Assembly (NCBI RefSeq): GCF_963921235.1
Contig: NC_086097.1
Span: 228,968,001 to 229,032,000 of the forward strand
From: Mobula hypostoma
Taxonomy: Eukaryota
Direction: 5' to 3'
Length of the DNA: 64,000 nucleotides
Below are positions 12,103 through 24,062 of this stretch, one piece after another; position 1 is the first letter of the stretch, and each line of letters begins with the position of its first letter. The notes beneath the pieces are model-generated. The model had not been told where the DNA came from. It did not search any database and worked only from the letters and a program-made list of their open reading frames with translations. The position numbers and the translations under genes were made by a program.

Positions 12103-12750
12103 AGGCACAGAAGCGTAGTGATTAGTATCACACTTTACAGTGTACGCAACCTGGGTTCAATTCCCACTGCCGTTTGTAAGAAGTTCGTATATTCTCCACA
12201 TGATCATGTGAGTTTCCTCCGGGTGCTCCAGTTTCCTTCCACATGGAACGTAGAAGAATGAGGGGGGATTTGATAGAGGTTTACAAAATTATGAGGGGTA
12301 TAGACAGAGTAAATGCGAGTAGGCTCTTTCCACTTAGATTAGGAGAGATAAATACGAGAGGACATGGCTTTAAGGTGAAAGGGGAAAGGTTTAGAAGGAG
12401 CATTACGGGGAACTTCTTCACTCAGAGAGTGGTGGGAGTGTGGAACGAGCTGCCATCTGATGTGGTAAATGCGGACTCACTCTTAAGTTTTAAGAATAAA
12501 TTGGATAGATACATGGATGGGAGAGTTATGGACTGGGTGCAGGTCAATGGGACTAGCGGAATAAAGTTATGGCACAGACTAGAAGGGCCGAATGGCCTGT
12601 TTTCTGTGCTGTAGTGTTCTATGGTTCTATTCCAAAGATGTGCAGGTTAGTAAGTAGTGGGCATGCTGTGTTGGCATAGCCCTAAGCACAGCCTCGGGCT
12701 ATGTTGGTTTTTGACACAAATGATGCATTTCACTGTATGTTTCAATGTAC
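12103..12750 (+). mobile_element. tRNA-derived SINE with V-domain, split by a CR1 insertion
   Basis: B-box gggttcaattccc; gtttcctccgggtgctccagtttccttccaca core; resumes ttccaaagatgtgcagg near 12630. Confidence 0.75.
12244..12629 (+). mobile_element. CR1-type LINE 3' end nested in the SINE
   Basis: ERRRMRGDLIEVYKIMRGIDRV...TRGHGFK...FFTQRVV..WNELP; gttctatggttcta tail. Confidence 0.9.
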
Positions 12751-13181
12751 CAGAGAAAATAGAGGAAATCTTTTAAAAAAAAATCTCCATTAAATAGAGT
12801 TACGCACAGGTGTTTCCATTAAGAGAATTCATCCTAACATCCTGGATATGTGAATCCCGGATCTGCCTCTACAGTCACCTAAAGACCCACCAATAGACAA
12901 CCCCTGGGAGAACATCTGATCACTCGACTCAATTGATCACCCTACTATAACTAAATAGTGCATAAAATAATCATGAGCCCTTTCATATATTGCAATTTTT
13001 CTACATGTTATTTCTTTTCTGATTTGGATTGTGATTTTACTTCAAATTACTAAATCTCATTGCTCACTTGTGGGTTCACAGCTGTAGTTAATTGCTTATT
13101 TTCGTGTTGTTAAGCAATTACTTTCGTCATCAGGGTGGCCATTTTATATTACTTGTATATTTCGTTTAGTAGTTAGAAGCA

Positions 13182-14320
13182 TTCCAAATAAGCTGATTCC
13201 TAAGCTCCGGTACCTGGGCCTTAGCACTCAGATCTGCAGCTGGATCTTCAGCTTGCTCACAGACAGGACCCAGGCTGTAAAAATAGTGGACATGCTCTCC
13301 TCTACAATCACTCTGAGCACCGGTGCCCTACAAGGCTGTGTACTCAGCCCCCTGCTGTACTCACTGTACACCCATGATTGTGTAGCCAAGTTTCCATCAA
13401 ACTCAATGTATAAGATTGCTGATGACACAACAATTGTAGGCCGTATCTCAGGTAATGATGAGCTTGAGTACAGAGAGGAAATTAAGAACCTGGTGGCATG
13501 GTGCGAAGACAATAACCTATCCCTCAATGTCAGCAAGATGAAGGAATTGGTTATTGACTTCAGAAGGAGTAGCGGACCACACGACCCAATTTACATCGGT
13601 GGTGCGCAAGTGGAACAGGTCAAAAGCTTTAAGTTCCTTGGGGTCAATATCACAAATGACCTGAATTGGTCCAACCAAGCAGAGTCCACTGCCAAGAAGG
13701 CCCACTAGCACCTTTACTTCCTGACAAAACTGAAGAAATTTGGCCTGTCCCCTAAAACCCTCACTAATTTTTATAGATGAACCGTAGAAAGCATTCTTCT
13801 AGGGTGCATCACAACCTGGTGTGGAAGTTGTCCTGTCCAAGACCAGAAGAAGCTGAAGAAGATCATGAACATGGCGCAGCACATCACACAAACCAATCTT
13901 CCGTCCTTGGACTCACTTTACACCGCACGCTGTCAGAGCAGTGCTACCAGGATAATCAAGGACACGACCCACCCAGCCAACACACCTTTCGTCCCTCTTT
14001 CCTCCGGGAGAAGGCTCAGGAGCTTGAAGACTCGTACTGCCAGATTTGGGAACAGCTTCTTTCCAACTGTGATAAGACTGCTGAATAGATCCTGACCCGG
14101 ATCTGGGCCGTGCCCTCCAAATATCCGGACCTGCATCTCGTGTTTTTTGCACTACCTTACTTTCCATTTTTCTATTTTCTATTTATGATTTATAATTTAA
14201 ATTTTTAATATTTACTATCGATTTGTAATCCAGGGAGTGGGAAGCGCAGAATCAAATATCGCTATGATGATTGTATGTTTTAGTATCAATTGTTTGGCGA
14301 CAATAAAGTATAAAGTATAA
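13182..14320 (+). mobile_element. Rex1/Babar-type LINE, relatively young, 5'-truncated
   Basis: [28 protein letters not shown]; (taaagta)n tail; candidate TSD agaagca at 13175-13181 and 14321-14327. Confidence 0.9.
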
Positions 14321-14663
14321 AGAAGCACTTGTTAGAAGTTGAAGGAATTTCAGTCAATATTCCATCGAACAGAGAGAAGTACTGTCTTTTTACAGCTCCT
14401 TGCGCAATGTAAAATGTTGGTGAATGATAAAACTGCCCTTAACTACAGCTACACCTGGACTGGAGTTATCTATCTGTCTAGCTTGAGAAAACAGGAAAAT
14501 CTCATGAGCAAGGGCAGAATAATATACAATACAAGGTTATTTCAACTGATCAACAAACAACAATACATAAAGTATTTGGAAACATTTCAAAAGGACGATA
14601 TTCCATATCTTTCCATTCAAACATGCTTTGATGCTTTCGCATCATTTTGAAATGAATACTTAC

Positions 14664-14756
14664 CGCGATCATTCTGCCTGAACAGTAGAATTCTTATCTA
14701 AGATAAACTGACTAGATGCCAATGGAAAGGTTTACTGGCATATTTTGAGAAGATTC
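14664..14756 (-). other. Candidate small exon ending ATGATCGCG|gtaagta
   Basis: Consensus donor at 14663-14657; acceptor ttcctccag at 14757; lies in about 1.2 kb of repeat-free sequence. Confidence 0.25.
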
Positions 14757-15534
14757 CTGGAGGAATACTGATGTCTGCTCACATAAAAGTTCCTCAGCAA
14801 CATTTTTTACACGCCGCATCATTTATATAAAATTAAATCACAATTAAAACTGTTCACTTTATTCTATTTGATGAAAGTACAAAATGCACATCAGCAAAAT
14901 GTTTGTTTGATGACTGCAGTTTCAGCTCTCTGTCAACATGATGTTCAGACTAAGAAATGTTGTTCCTAAGCATAATTTACATTTTGACAACATCTGGAAT
15001 AGATGTGGCATCCGAGATTTGAACACGTAAATTTCACACCTTTATTGTAAATATATAATTTCTTGAAGTCACACATCAGTGAATAAACTCACTCTGTGTG
15101 TGTATGTGTGTTGGTATGCAAGCTCTGAGTCTGTAAACTCGTCTCTTTTAATTAGCTCATGAGATGGAAACACTGGAATGAGTAAATTAAGACAACGCTT
15201 GCTCTCTATCCCGTAATCCCTAATGAACATTTATGAACACAAACATTAACAAAGATAGGATTAACTTTCAGTGATGTCTTCATGATTGGATAACATTCAC
15301 TATCTAGGATCATGTGAGGTCACAGACAACAGCCAGTGCTTAAGAAATCGCACCTCAATGTGAATCAATGCTATCAGGACTGGGCAAGAATTTGGATGGG
15401 GAAATAAATGGATTATATTTTAAGCATGAATGTAAACCTAATGTCTTTCATGATTCGATTAAATATTTTGTTCTACTTTAGATTACAACAGTTCCTCTAA
15501 AGCTCAGTAATTTAATGTAGCACAGGCAAAAATA

Positions 15535-15760
15535 ATAAATACAAGAGATTCTGCAGATGCTGGAAATCCATACTAATACACATATAATGTTGGAGGAACT
15601 CAGCATTTATGGAGAATAATAAAGAGTCGATGTTTTGGCCAAGACCCTTCATCAGGACTGTAAAGGTAAGGGGAAGATGCCAGTATAAGAAAGTGGGTGA
15701 GGAGAAGGAGAACAAGTTGGAAGATGTTAGGTAAAACCAGGTGAGCAGGAAGGAAGAAAG
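15535..15760 (-). mobile_element. Short PLE 3'-end copy, hammerhead degenerate
   Basis: ttctgcagatgctggaaatcc...gagtcgatgttttggccaagacccttcatcaggactg. Confidence 0.75.
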
Positions 15761-16452
15761 AATTTGAATCTTCATTGCTGTTTATAAACTCGGGAAATCT
15801 CAGAAGAATCTTATAGCTGATTTGGAAAAGGCAAAAATGTAAATCTATATTAATGGAATTTTGAAAAAGCTGGAAAAATTCAAGAGGTCAATCAACATCA
15901 TGATGGGGTGGTAAATTGGATTAGTAAGTATGCAGATGATACTAAGATATGTGGCATTGTGGATGATGAAGTAGGTTTTCAAAGCTTGCAGAGAGATTTA
16001 GGCCAGTTAGCAGAGTGGGCTGAAAGATGGCAGATGGAGTTTAATGCTGATAAATGTGAGGTGCTACACTTTGGTAGGACTAATCAAAATAGGACATACA
16101 TGGTAAATGGTAGGGCTTTGAAGAATGCAGTAGAACAGAGGGATCTAGGAATAATGGTGCATAGTTCCCTGAAGGTGGAATCTCATGTGGATAAGGTGGT
16201 GAAGAAAGCTTTTTGTATGCTGGCCTTTATAAATCAGAGCATTGAGTATAGGAGTTGGGATGTAATGTTGAAATTGTACAAGGCATTGGTGAGGCCAAAT
16301 TTGGAGTATTATGTACAGTTTGGTCACCAAATTATAGGAAAGATGTCAACAAAATAGAGAGAGTACAGAGAAGGCTTACTAGAATGTTAAGCAACACACA
16401 TCAAAGTTGCTGGTGAACGCAGCAGGCCAGGCAGCATCTGTAGGAAGAGGTG

Positions 16453-16494
16453 CAGTCGACGTTTCAGGCTGAGACCCTTCATCAGGACTAACTG
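16453..16494 (-). ncRNA. Minimal type-I hammerhead ribozyme motif
   Basis: Reverse complement: agtc-CTGATGA-agg(gtctcag)cct-GAAAC-GTC-gact. Confidence 0.8.
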
Positions 16495-17242
16495 AAGGAA
16501 GAGTGAGTAAGGGATTTGAAAGTTGGAGGGGGAGGGGGAGATCCAAAATGATAGGAGAAGACAGGAGGGGGAGGGATAGAGCCAAGAGCTGGACAGGTGA
16601 TAGGCAAAAGGGGATACGAGAGGATCATGGGACAGGAGGTCCGGGAAGAAAGACAAGGGGGGGGGACCCAGAGGATGGGCAAGAGGTATATTCAGAGGGA
16701 CAGAGGGAGAAAAAGGAGAGTGAGAGAAAGAATGTGTGCATAAAAATAAGTAACAGATGGGGTACGAGGGGGAGGTGGGGCCTTAGCGGAAGTTAGAGAA
16801 GTCGATGTTCATACCATCAGGTTGGAGGCTACCCAGACGGAATATAAGGTGTTGTTTCTCCAACCTGAGTGTGGCTTCATCTTTACAGTAGGGAGGCCGT
16901 GGATAGACATGTCAGAATGGGAATGGGATGTGGAATTAAAATGTGTGGCCACTGGGAGATCCTGCTTTCTCTGGTGGACAGAGCGTAGATGTTCAGCAAA
17001 GCGGTCTCCCAGTCTGCGTCGGGTCTCGCCAATATATAAAAGGCCACATCGGGAGCACCGGACGCAGTATATCACCCCAGTCGACTCACAGGTGAAGTGT
17101 TGCCTCACCTGGAAGGACTGTTTGGGGCCCTGAATGGTGGTAAGGGAGGAAGCGTAAGGGCATGTGTAGCACTTGTTCCGCTTACACGGATAAGTGCCAG
17201 GAGGGAGATCAGTGGGGAGGGATGGGGGGGGACGAATGGACA

Positions 17243-17713
17243 ATGGACTCCCTTGTCCATTCGTCCCCCCAATCCCTCCCCACTGATCTCCCTCCTGGCA
17301 CTTATCCGTGTAAGCGGAACAAGTGCTACACATGCCCTTACGCTTCCTCCCTTACCACCATTCAGGGCCCCAAACAGTCCTTCCAGGTGAGGCAACACTT
17401 CACCTGTGAGTCGACTGGGGTGATATACTGCGTCCGGTGCTCCCGATGTGGCCTTTTATATATTGGCGAGACCCGACGCAGACTGGGAGACCGCTTTGCT
17501 GAACATCTACGCTCTGTCCGCCAGAGAAAGCAGGATCTCCCAGTGGCCACACATTTTAATTCCACATCCCATTCCCATTCTGACATGTCTATCCACGGCC
17601 TCCTCTACTGTAAAGATGAAGCCACACTCAGGTTGGAGGAACAACACCTTATATTCCGTCTGGGTAGCCTCCAACCTGATGGTATGAACATCGACTTCTC
17701 TAACTTCCGCTAA
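17243..17713 (+). pseudogene. PLE ORF C-terminus: Cys-rich linker plus GIY-YIG endonuclease (no RT); mirror copy on minus strand is frameshifted
   Basis: PGTYPCKRNKCYTC; VIYCVRCSRCGLLYIGETRRRLGDRFAEH; RLEEQHLIFRLGSLQPDGMN. Confidence 0.88.
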
Positions 17714-18001
17714 AGCCCCACCTCCCCCTCGTACTCCATCTGTTACTTATTTTTATGCACACATTCTTTCTCTCACTCTCCTTTTTCTCCCTCTGTCCCT
17801 CTGAATATACCTCTTGCCCATCCTCTGGGTCCCCCCCCCTTGTCTTTCTTCCCGGACCTCCTGTCCCATGATCCTCTCGTATCCCCTTTTCCCTATCACC
17901 TGTCCAGCTCTTGGCTCTATCCCTCCCCCTCCTGTCTTCTCCTATCATTTTGGATCTCCCCCTCCCCCTCGAAGTTTCAAATCCCTTACTCACTCTTCCT
18001 T

Positions 18002-18043
18002 CAGTTAGTCCTGACGAAGGGTCTCGGCCTGAAACGTCGACTG
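18002..18043 (+). ncRNA. Minimal type-I hammerhead ribozyme motif
   Basis: CTGACGA 18011-18017, stem II agg/cct, GAAA 18031-18034, GTC 18036-18038, stem I agtc/gact. Confidence 0.8.
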
Positions 18044-19529
18044 CACCTCTTCCTACAGATGCTGCCTGGCCTGCTGCGTTCACCAGCAACTTTGATGTGT
18101 GTTGCTTGAATTTCCAGCATCTGCAGAATTCCTGTTTACTAGAATGTTACCTGAGTTTCATCACCTAAGTTAGAGAGAAAGGTTGAACAAGTTGGGTCTT
18201 TATTCTTTGCAAGGTTGAGGGGGGACTTGATAGAGGTATTTAAAATTATGAGAGGGATAGATAGAGTTGACGTGGATAGGCTCTTTCCATTGAGAATGGG
18301 GGAGATTCAAACAAGAGGAGATGAGTTGAGAGTTAAAGGGCAAAAGTTTAGGGGTAACATGAGGGGGAACTTCTTTACTCAGAGAGTGGTGGCTGTGTGG
18401 AACGAGCTTCCAGCAGAAGTGGTTGAGGCAGGTTCAATGTTGTCGTTTAAAGTTAAATTGGACAGCTATATGGACAGGAAAGGAATGGAGGGTTATGGGT
18501 TGAGTGCAGGTCAGTGGGACTAGGTGAGAGTAAGAGTTTGGAACGGACTAGAAGGGCCGAGATGGCCTGTTTCCATGCTGTAATTGTTATATGGTTATAT
18601 CAGTGGAAAGATGTTTCTCCTTCCGTAGGTGGCCTGAGGCCGTACAGTCTCAGATCTGGGGTTTGAGCTACCCGCTGATGCTCCTGTTTGGATTTGTGAT
18701 GACATGCGTTTCCCCGGATACTCTGGTTCTCTCTCACATGCTGGTAGGGTAAGTGCCAAACGCAAATTGTTTCTGGAGTAGATGAGTGGCAGGACAATCG
18801 ATGGGAAATTGATTTCCATATGAGAGAGAATGGATTACAGGAGAATGGGACTGATGGGAATCCTCCAAAAGCTAGCATACAGTCCATGGACCACAAGTCC
18901 TTCTTTTTTATGAGAAATATGAAGCTCTGCAAAATCTTTTCACATGCTCTGGTTTTACTTCTGATTTCCTGCACCTACAGAATCCACCTTTTGGGTCTTT
19001 ATTGACGGAGCTAACTAAGGAATAAACTTCGTCATGGTAATCTGTAAAACTCTGTTCTTTCTCCAATAGTTCAAATGGGATTTTAATATTTTGGCTAAAG
19101 TGAAGACACCTCTGAAAAACAGCACTCCCTCTACTGGACCACAGTATCAACCCAGATTAGAGTAAACCTATATATACAAAATATACTTGACGTAGGAAAA
19201 CTGTCCAAAGAGCTTCACAGAAGTTTAAATTAGTTAAGTATTAAAGAGTGAGGTGTGGTTCCAAGACAGCTTTGTCAGTTTAGAACTATGTTTGATCTCT
19301 GGTGCTTCTGGGGTGATGTCAGTCAAAATGATGATGTTCGTTATGCATGGTGTGTTAGGGAAAAAAAAAACATGTTGTTGATTTTAAAAACTGCGTGCCT
19401 CTGAGAGGAATTGGAAAAGTTGGAATTCGGCTTCACTAAAGTTCCTTTGTAAGATTAACATGAAAAAGTGAGTCACTTAAAAGCTGAATATATGGTTGAT
19501 GTACATCCAAAGACTGCTTAACCATCAAA

Positions 19530-20072
19530 GTAAAAAAAAATTATTAAAGTACATAGATTCATTTTCTTGTAGGTATTTACAGGAAGACTGATAATCACCC
19601 CATGTGCAAAAGAAAACAAATTGTTGAAGCAAAAAAGTAATTAAATAATATTGAAAACATGAGTTGTAGAGTCCTTGAAAGTGAGTGTGCAGGTTGTGGA
19701 ATCAGTTCAGCGTTGAGGTGAGCAAAGTTATCCATGCTGGTTTAGGAGCCTGACGGTTGTGGAGTAATAACTGTTCCTGAACCTGGCGGTGTGGGACCAA
19801 AGTCTCCTGTACCTCCTGCCCAATGGTAGTAGCGAGAAGAGAGCATAGCCTGGATGGTGAGAGTCCTTGCTAGTAGATGTTGCTTTCTTGTGGCAGTACT
19901 CCTTATAAATGAGCCCAGTAGTGGTGAGGGCCTTGTCTGTGATAGACTGGGCTAAATATACCACTTTTTTTTTGTAGACTTTTCCATTCCTAGGCATTGG
20001 CATTTCCATAGCAGGCTGTAGCGGAACCAGTCAGGATACTCTCCTCTGTGCATCTATAGAAGTTTCTCAAAG
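19530..20072 (-). mobile_element. Rex1/Babar-type LINE 3' fragment
   Basis: ORF 19728-20009 KDSHHPGYALFSLLPLGRRYRRL..HTARFRNSYY. Confidence 0.8.
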
Positions 20073-20309
20073 AGGAACACAGGAGGATCGTGAAAGAATA
20101 ATAAAGATTCAGTAAAGACAGCTTCCATACAAGCAAATATATACTGGATTTATATGGAGCACTTCTAGAGTACTAGTACATATTTAATATGCTGAAATAT
20201 GTGTAACAACTGCATAACAATACACAAGTACCTCTAATGGTAGAATACATTCGCACAGAACAGATGGACATGAGCCTCAGTGAGGAAGCATTGATCATCT
20301 TGTCTGGGA

Positions 20310-21075
20310 TAGACTGGTATCCTAAATGGTTGCATCACGGCCTGCTACGGTAATGCCAATGTCCAAAAACGGAAAAGCCTACAAAAAGTAGGAAGCGTCA
20401 TAGGAAGTCATTCCTGCCTGTGGCCGTCAAACTTTACAACTCCTCCCTTGGAGAGTCAGACACCCTGAGCCAATGGGCTGGTCCTGGACTTATTTCCTGG
20501 CATAAATTACATATTACTATTTAACTATTTATGGTGTTATTACTATTTCTTATTTAAGGTGCAACTGTAACGAAAACCAATTTCCCTCAGGATCGATAAA
20601 GTGATTATTGACTATGACTATGACTACGTAGCGGATAGAGCCCAGTCCATCTCAGGATTAGCCCTCCCACCATTGAGTACATCACCAAGGAGCAATACCC
20701 CAAGAATCAGTCATCGAGGACCCCCACCATCCAGGCCATGCGTCCTTCTTGCTGCTGTCACCAGGAAGGAAGTACAGGAGCCTTAGGACCCGGACCACCA
20801 GGTTCAGGAACACTCTTTACCTTACACAATCAGGCTCCTGATCCACCAGGGATAACTTCACTCACCTCAACACTGAACTGATTCCACAACCTATGGATTC
20901 ACTTTCAAGGATTCTACAACTCATGTTCTCAGTATTATTTATTTATTTGTTTGTTGTTATTATTATATGCTTTTTTTGTATCTACGCAGTTGTCTGCGTT
21001 TGCACATTAGTTGTTTGTGTGTGTATATATATATATATATATTCATACTTTGTTAATAAATTAATTTTGAACTTT
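20310..21075 (+). mobile_element. Rex1-type 3' fragment with a second LINE 3' end nested at 20392-20627
   Basis: Host ggttgcatcacggcctgctacgg..cctacaaaaagtag resumes gtagcggatagagcccag; insert ends (gactat)n. Confidence 0.7.
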
Positions 21076-23139
21076 GCATTGAATAGAACACTACATTTCT
21101 GTGGCAATAGCATCATTTGAAACTTTGCATGCATCACTACAGGCTCACAACTCTGTAGCATTCTCAATGTCATTCCTGTTAGTAGATGCAATTCCGACTG
21201 TATCTGAGAGCTTCCTGTTTGAGCAACGTGTTACTGCTGACAGAAATTGCTGCACTTTGTCCAGACTAAACACAAATATATCTGTCACATCTCAGAATCT
21301 TTGGGCATTTAGCCCAAAGTGGGAATGGATGGTGGGGGAGGGAGAAGAAACGGGAGGAATTGTATTAAAGTTACAAGAACCAGTTTGTAGACTGTTGATC
21401 TTCACATGCAATTTTGATTTAAACATTTTTCTAGTGATGTCTAGTGCAATCTTTTGTCAAAAGTCTTCTGAAAATCCATCTACACTATATTCACTAGCAT
21501 CTTATTATCTATCCACTATTACATTTTCAAATATGAGTTCTCTTTTAAAACATCCATTCTCTTAAATGGTCTTAAATTCTCGTAAGTCTTGTTCAGTCGA
21601 GTATGGGTAGGTAAAAGATGACGCCCTTGTCAATAGCACCTGCATCCCAAAGCACACTCAATTATTTTATCTTGGATCATAGATTCACAGAAATTATTAA
21701 ATAATGTTTCCAATTTTTGGAATATTGGCTTATTAATGTATTTTCCTAAACTTTCTTGTCTCTGCTTTACTAATGCATTATTCTCTTTTCTAAGAGTTTC
21801 ATAAATGCTTCTAGTTTAGTAATGAACTTGCTCAACCTCCTATAAATCCAACCCCTAAAACTGCTCAATGCTTCAAATTCATTGGGACATAGATTTGGTG
21901 AAAATTGTCCTTTTGTAAAATATGCCACTGCCCAGAAGTCACTTCCATGTCTTAGGACTGAGTATGATTCCCTCCACACCAAACCCAGAACTCCTCTTTG
22001 TTGCTTTCTCTTCTTTAACTTATGGGGTTTTTCTTTCCAGAAATGCTTCACGTTTTCCTTTCTGCCCTTCGCCTAGGCACCAGGGAGGTAGCACTTTTCA
22101 ACACAGCTCCTAGAAAGACTATCAGTACCCTTGACTGCAAATCCATAATGCCTACTGCTCTTTTATACCCATATTCTATTGGCTCATTACCAGTTTCATT
22201 ATCCATTACTTCATGCCATAACATTGAGTCTCTGTGAGTGTTACATATCCATCAAATAGTAATGGATGGACTTTGTCTCTGTATGCTCTCCTCTCTACTC
22301 TACATTATCCGTCTTTTTTGAAATGTAATCACTGCCTCTAAAATGTCCACTTTCTTTAGCGTGCAATCCAGAAATCACTCATCTCCAAAGCTGCATAGTT
22401 TGTGCAATTATTGCTCAGAACCACATCACCCACTCCAGCGACCAGGAGTTCCAAAATAATGAAAAGGTGTCATGATGGATGCACTGAGTATCTGTGATTG
22501 TCCATATTCTTGTCTCTTTCCCTTGCCTTTTCATAGACATGCACACACGCTCAAAACCTCATCAAATTCAGAAAGCTTCTCTCACCGTTCTAACACTGGT
22601 TTAATTGTTGGGGAGAAGCTTTAGTGAAATCAAACATCATGGATGGATGGTCAGAAGGAGGAGACCACACTTTTTTTCTGATCTTTCAAATTTCAGAGGC
22701 TTTTGTGACTTGTGACTATTTCTCCATTTACCTCTGAAAATATCCAATTAGTTTCTCTTCAACAGGAGAAAACAAACCAGTCAGCAAACAGCTAATTACA
22801 TCCTTTCTGTAATCTACTAATTATCTATCATTTCAACGTCGCTAAGTGTAAAAATAAACAACTTTAAGCATCTTCCAGGATTGAACAAATACAATGAAGG
22901 CATTGAAAATCAATATTACAGATAAAAGTGATATACGTCATTGAAAACTCAATACTCTAATTACTGACTTTAAACATATATTAAATCTTTGTGGGCCGAA
23001 GAGCCTGTATTGTGCTGTAGGTTTTCTATGTTTCTAACAAGACATTAATGCATTTTTGAGGCTTCAAAGAATTAAATGGAATATCCTACAATAGTGGGGG
23101 TGGGGGCAAAGCCAGGGAGTATAGAAGTTGAAAGATTTT

Positions 23140-23325
23140 TAGAAATGATCTTGGTCCTGGTGCTTCAGAGGGGACATGGGATCCAGAGCCTTGGAGTGTC
23201 AGAAGGGAACTTGGGATCCAGGGCCTCAGTGTTGAAAGAAGGGAACATGGGATTTTGGGAGTTGAAAGGGAGCATGGGATTCAGGGCCTGTGTGTTTCAG
23301 AAGGGAGCATAGAATCCTCAGGGCT
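23140..23325. repeat. Degenerate minisatellite, about 30-bp units
   Basis: Recurring agaagggaacatgggatccagggcct-like unit. Confidence 0.6.
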
Positions 23326-24062
23326 GGAGGGAAAAACATGAACTGGAGATCGTGTAATTCAGATGTGACACTAGGATTCTGGTGAATGAGAAGTCAGTGA
23401 GACAAGTATCACCTGATAAACCAGATGCCAGACTAATAGGACTTCCAAGTGGTTGGATAGAAGATTATCAGAATTTGCTGTAGAGCTTTGAAGACTTCAA
23501 GCATCCTGAGAAAAGTTTACCGACAGTAATTGTTCTGTCCTCTCTAGTTGTCCAGATACTATGATGTTGGGAAATATGGTCAATACTATGATCTATGCGT
23601 TAGCATCTGACAATGTTTATAAACAGTTCAAATGTAAACACAAAATTCATTTTATTTTAAAGATATTTTAATACAGTCTACAGACACAACACTCGGCCCA
23701 TCGACTGCTCTACCATTCCATCATGGCTGACTTATTATTGCTGTCAACCCCTTTCTCCCTGCAACCATAACACTCAACTTTCAGGGAGGGTTAAGAATGA
23801 CAACTATCTGAACATCTTGCCTACAGCCAATGTATTTGTGCACGAATTTATAATTGACAGTAATTACATTACAACTGTGAACTCATCATCTTGTTCAGAT
23901 CTTCAGGACTTCGCATGAAAGATGTGATAATTACAAAGAGTTTTTTCTTTAAAATAACACAAAAAGGGATAGCTACCAGCCGAAACAGAAGTCCATTTAA
24001 CCTCAACGTGAATCAACCACATTATAATTCAAAGAGGAAGCAATCCTTTCTCAAATTTTTTT

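Larger units (their letters stand above)
16390..18135. mobile_element. Neptune-type Penelope-like element, head-to-head inverted pair of 5'-truncated copies
   Basis: Arms 16390-17243 and 17253-18106 are near-perfect reverse complements; TSD ttactagaatgtta at 16376-16389 and 18136-18149. Confidence 0.92.
15900..18598 (+). mobile_element. CR1-type LINE 3' portion interrupted by the PLE palindrome
   Basis: ISKYADDTK..WQMEFNADKCEVLHFG (15908-16357) continues as RGDLIEVFKIMRG (18215-18523); ttatatggttata tail. Confidence 0.9.

Noticed and set aside
12103..12175. tRNA gene
   Set aside because: A/B-box-like head runs straight into a SINE body with no full cloverleaf; same for 32660-32732, 51130 and 58188
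17162..17713. 183-aa ORF as a stand-alone nuclease gene
   Set aside because: Its first 27 codons are antisense sequence from the opposite palindrome arm; the rest is a truncated PLE C-terminus
21101..22237. Cluster of 60-150 aa ORFs
   Set aside because: No recognisable motifs or consistent splice structure; probably chance or very old repeat sequence
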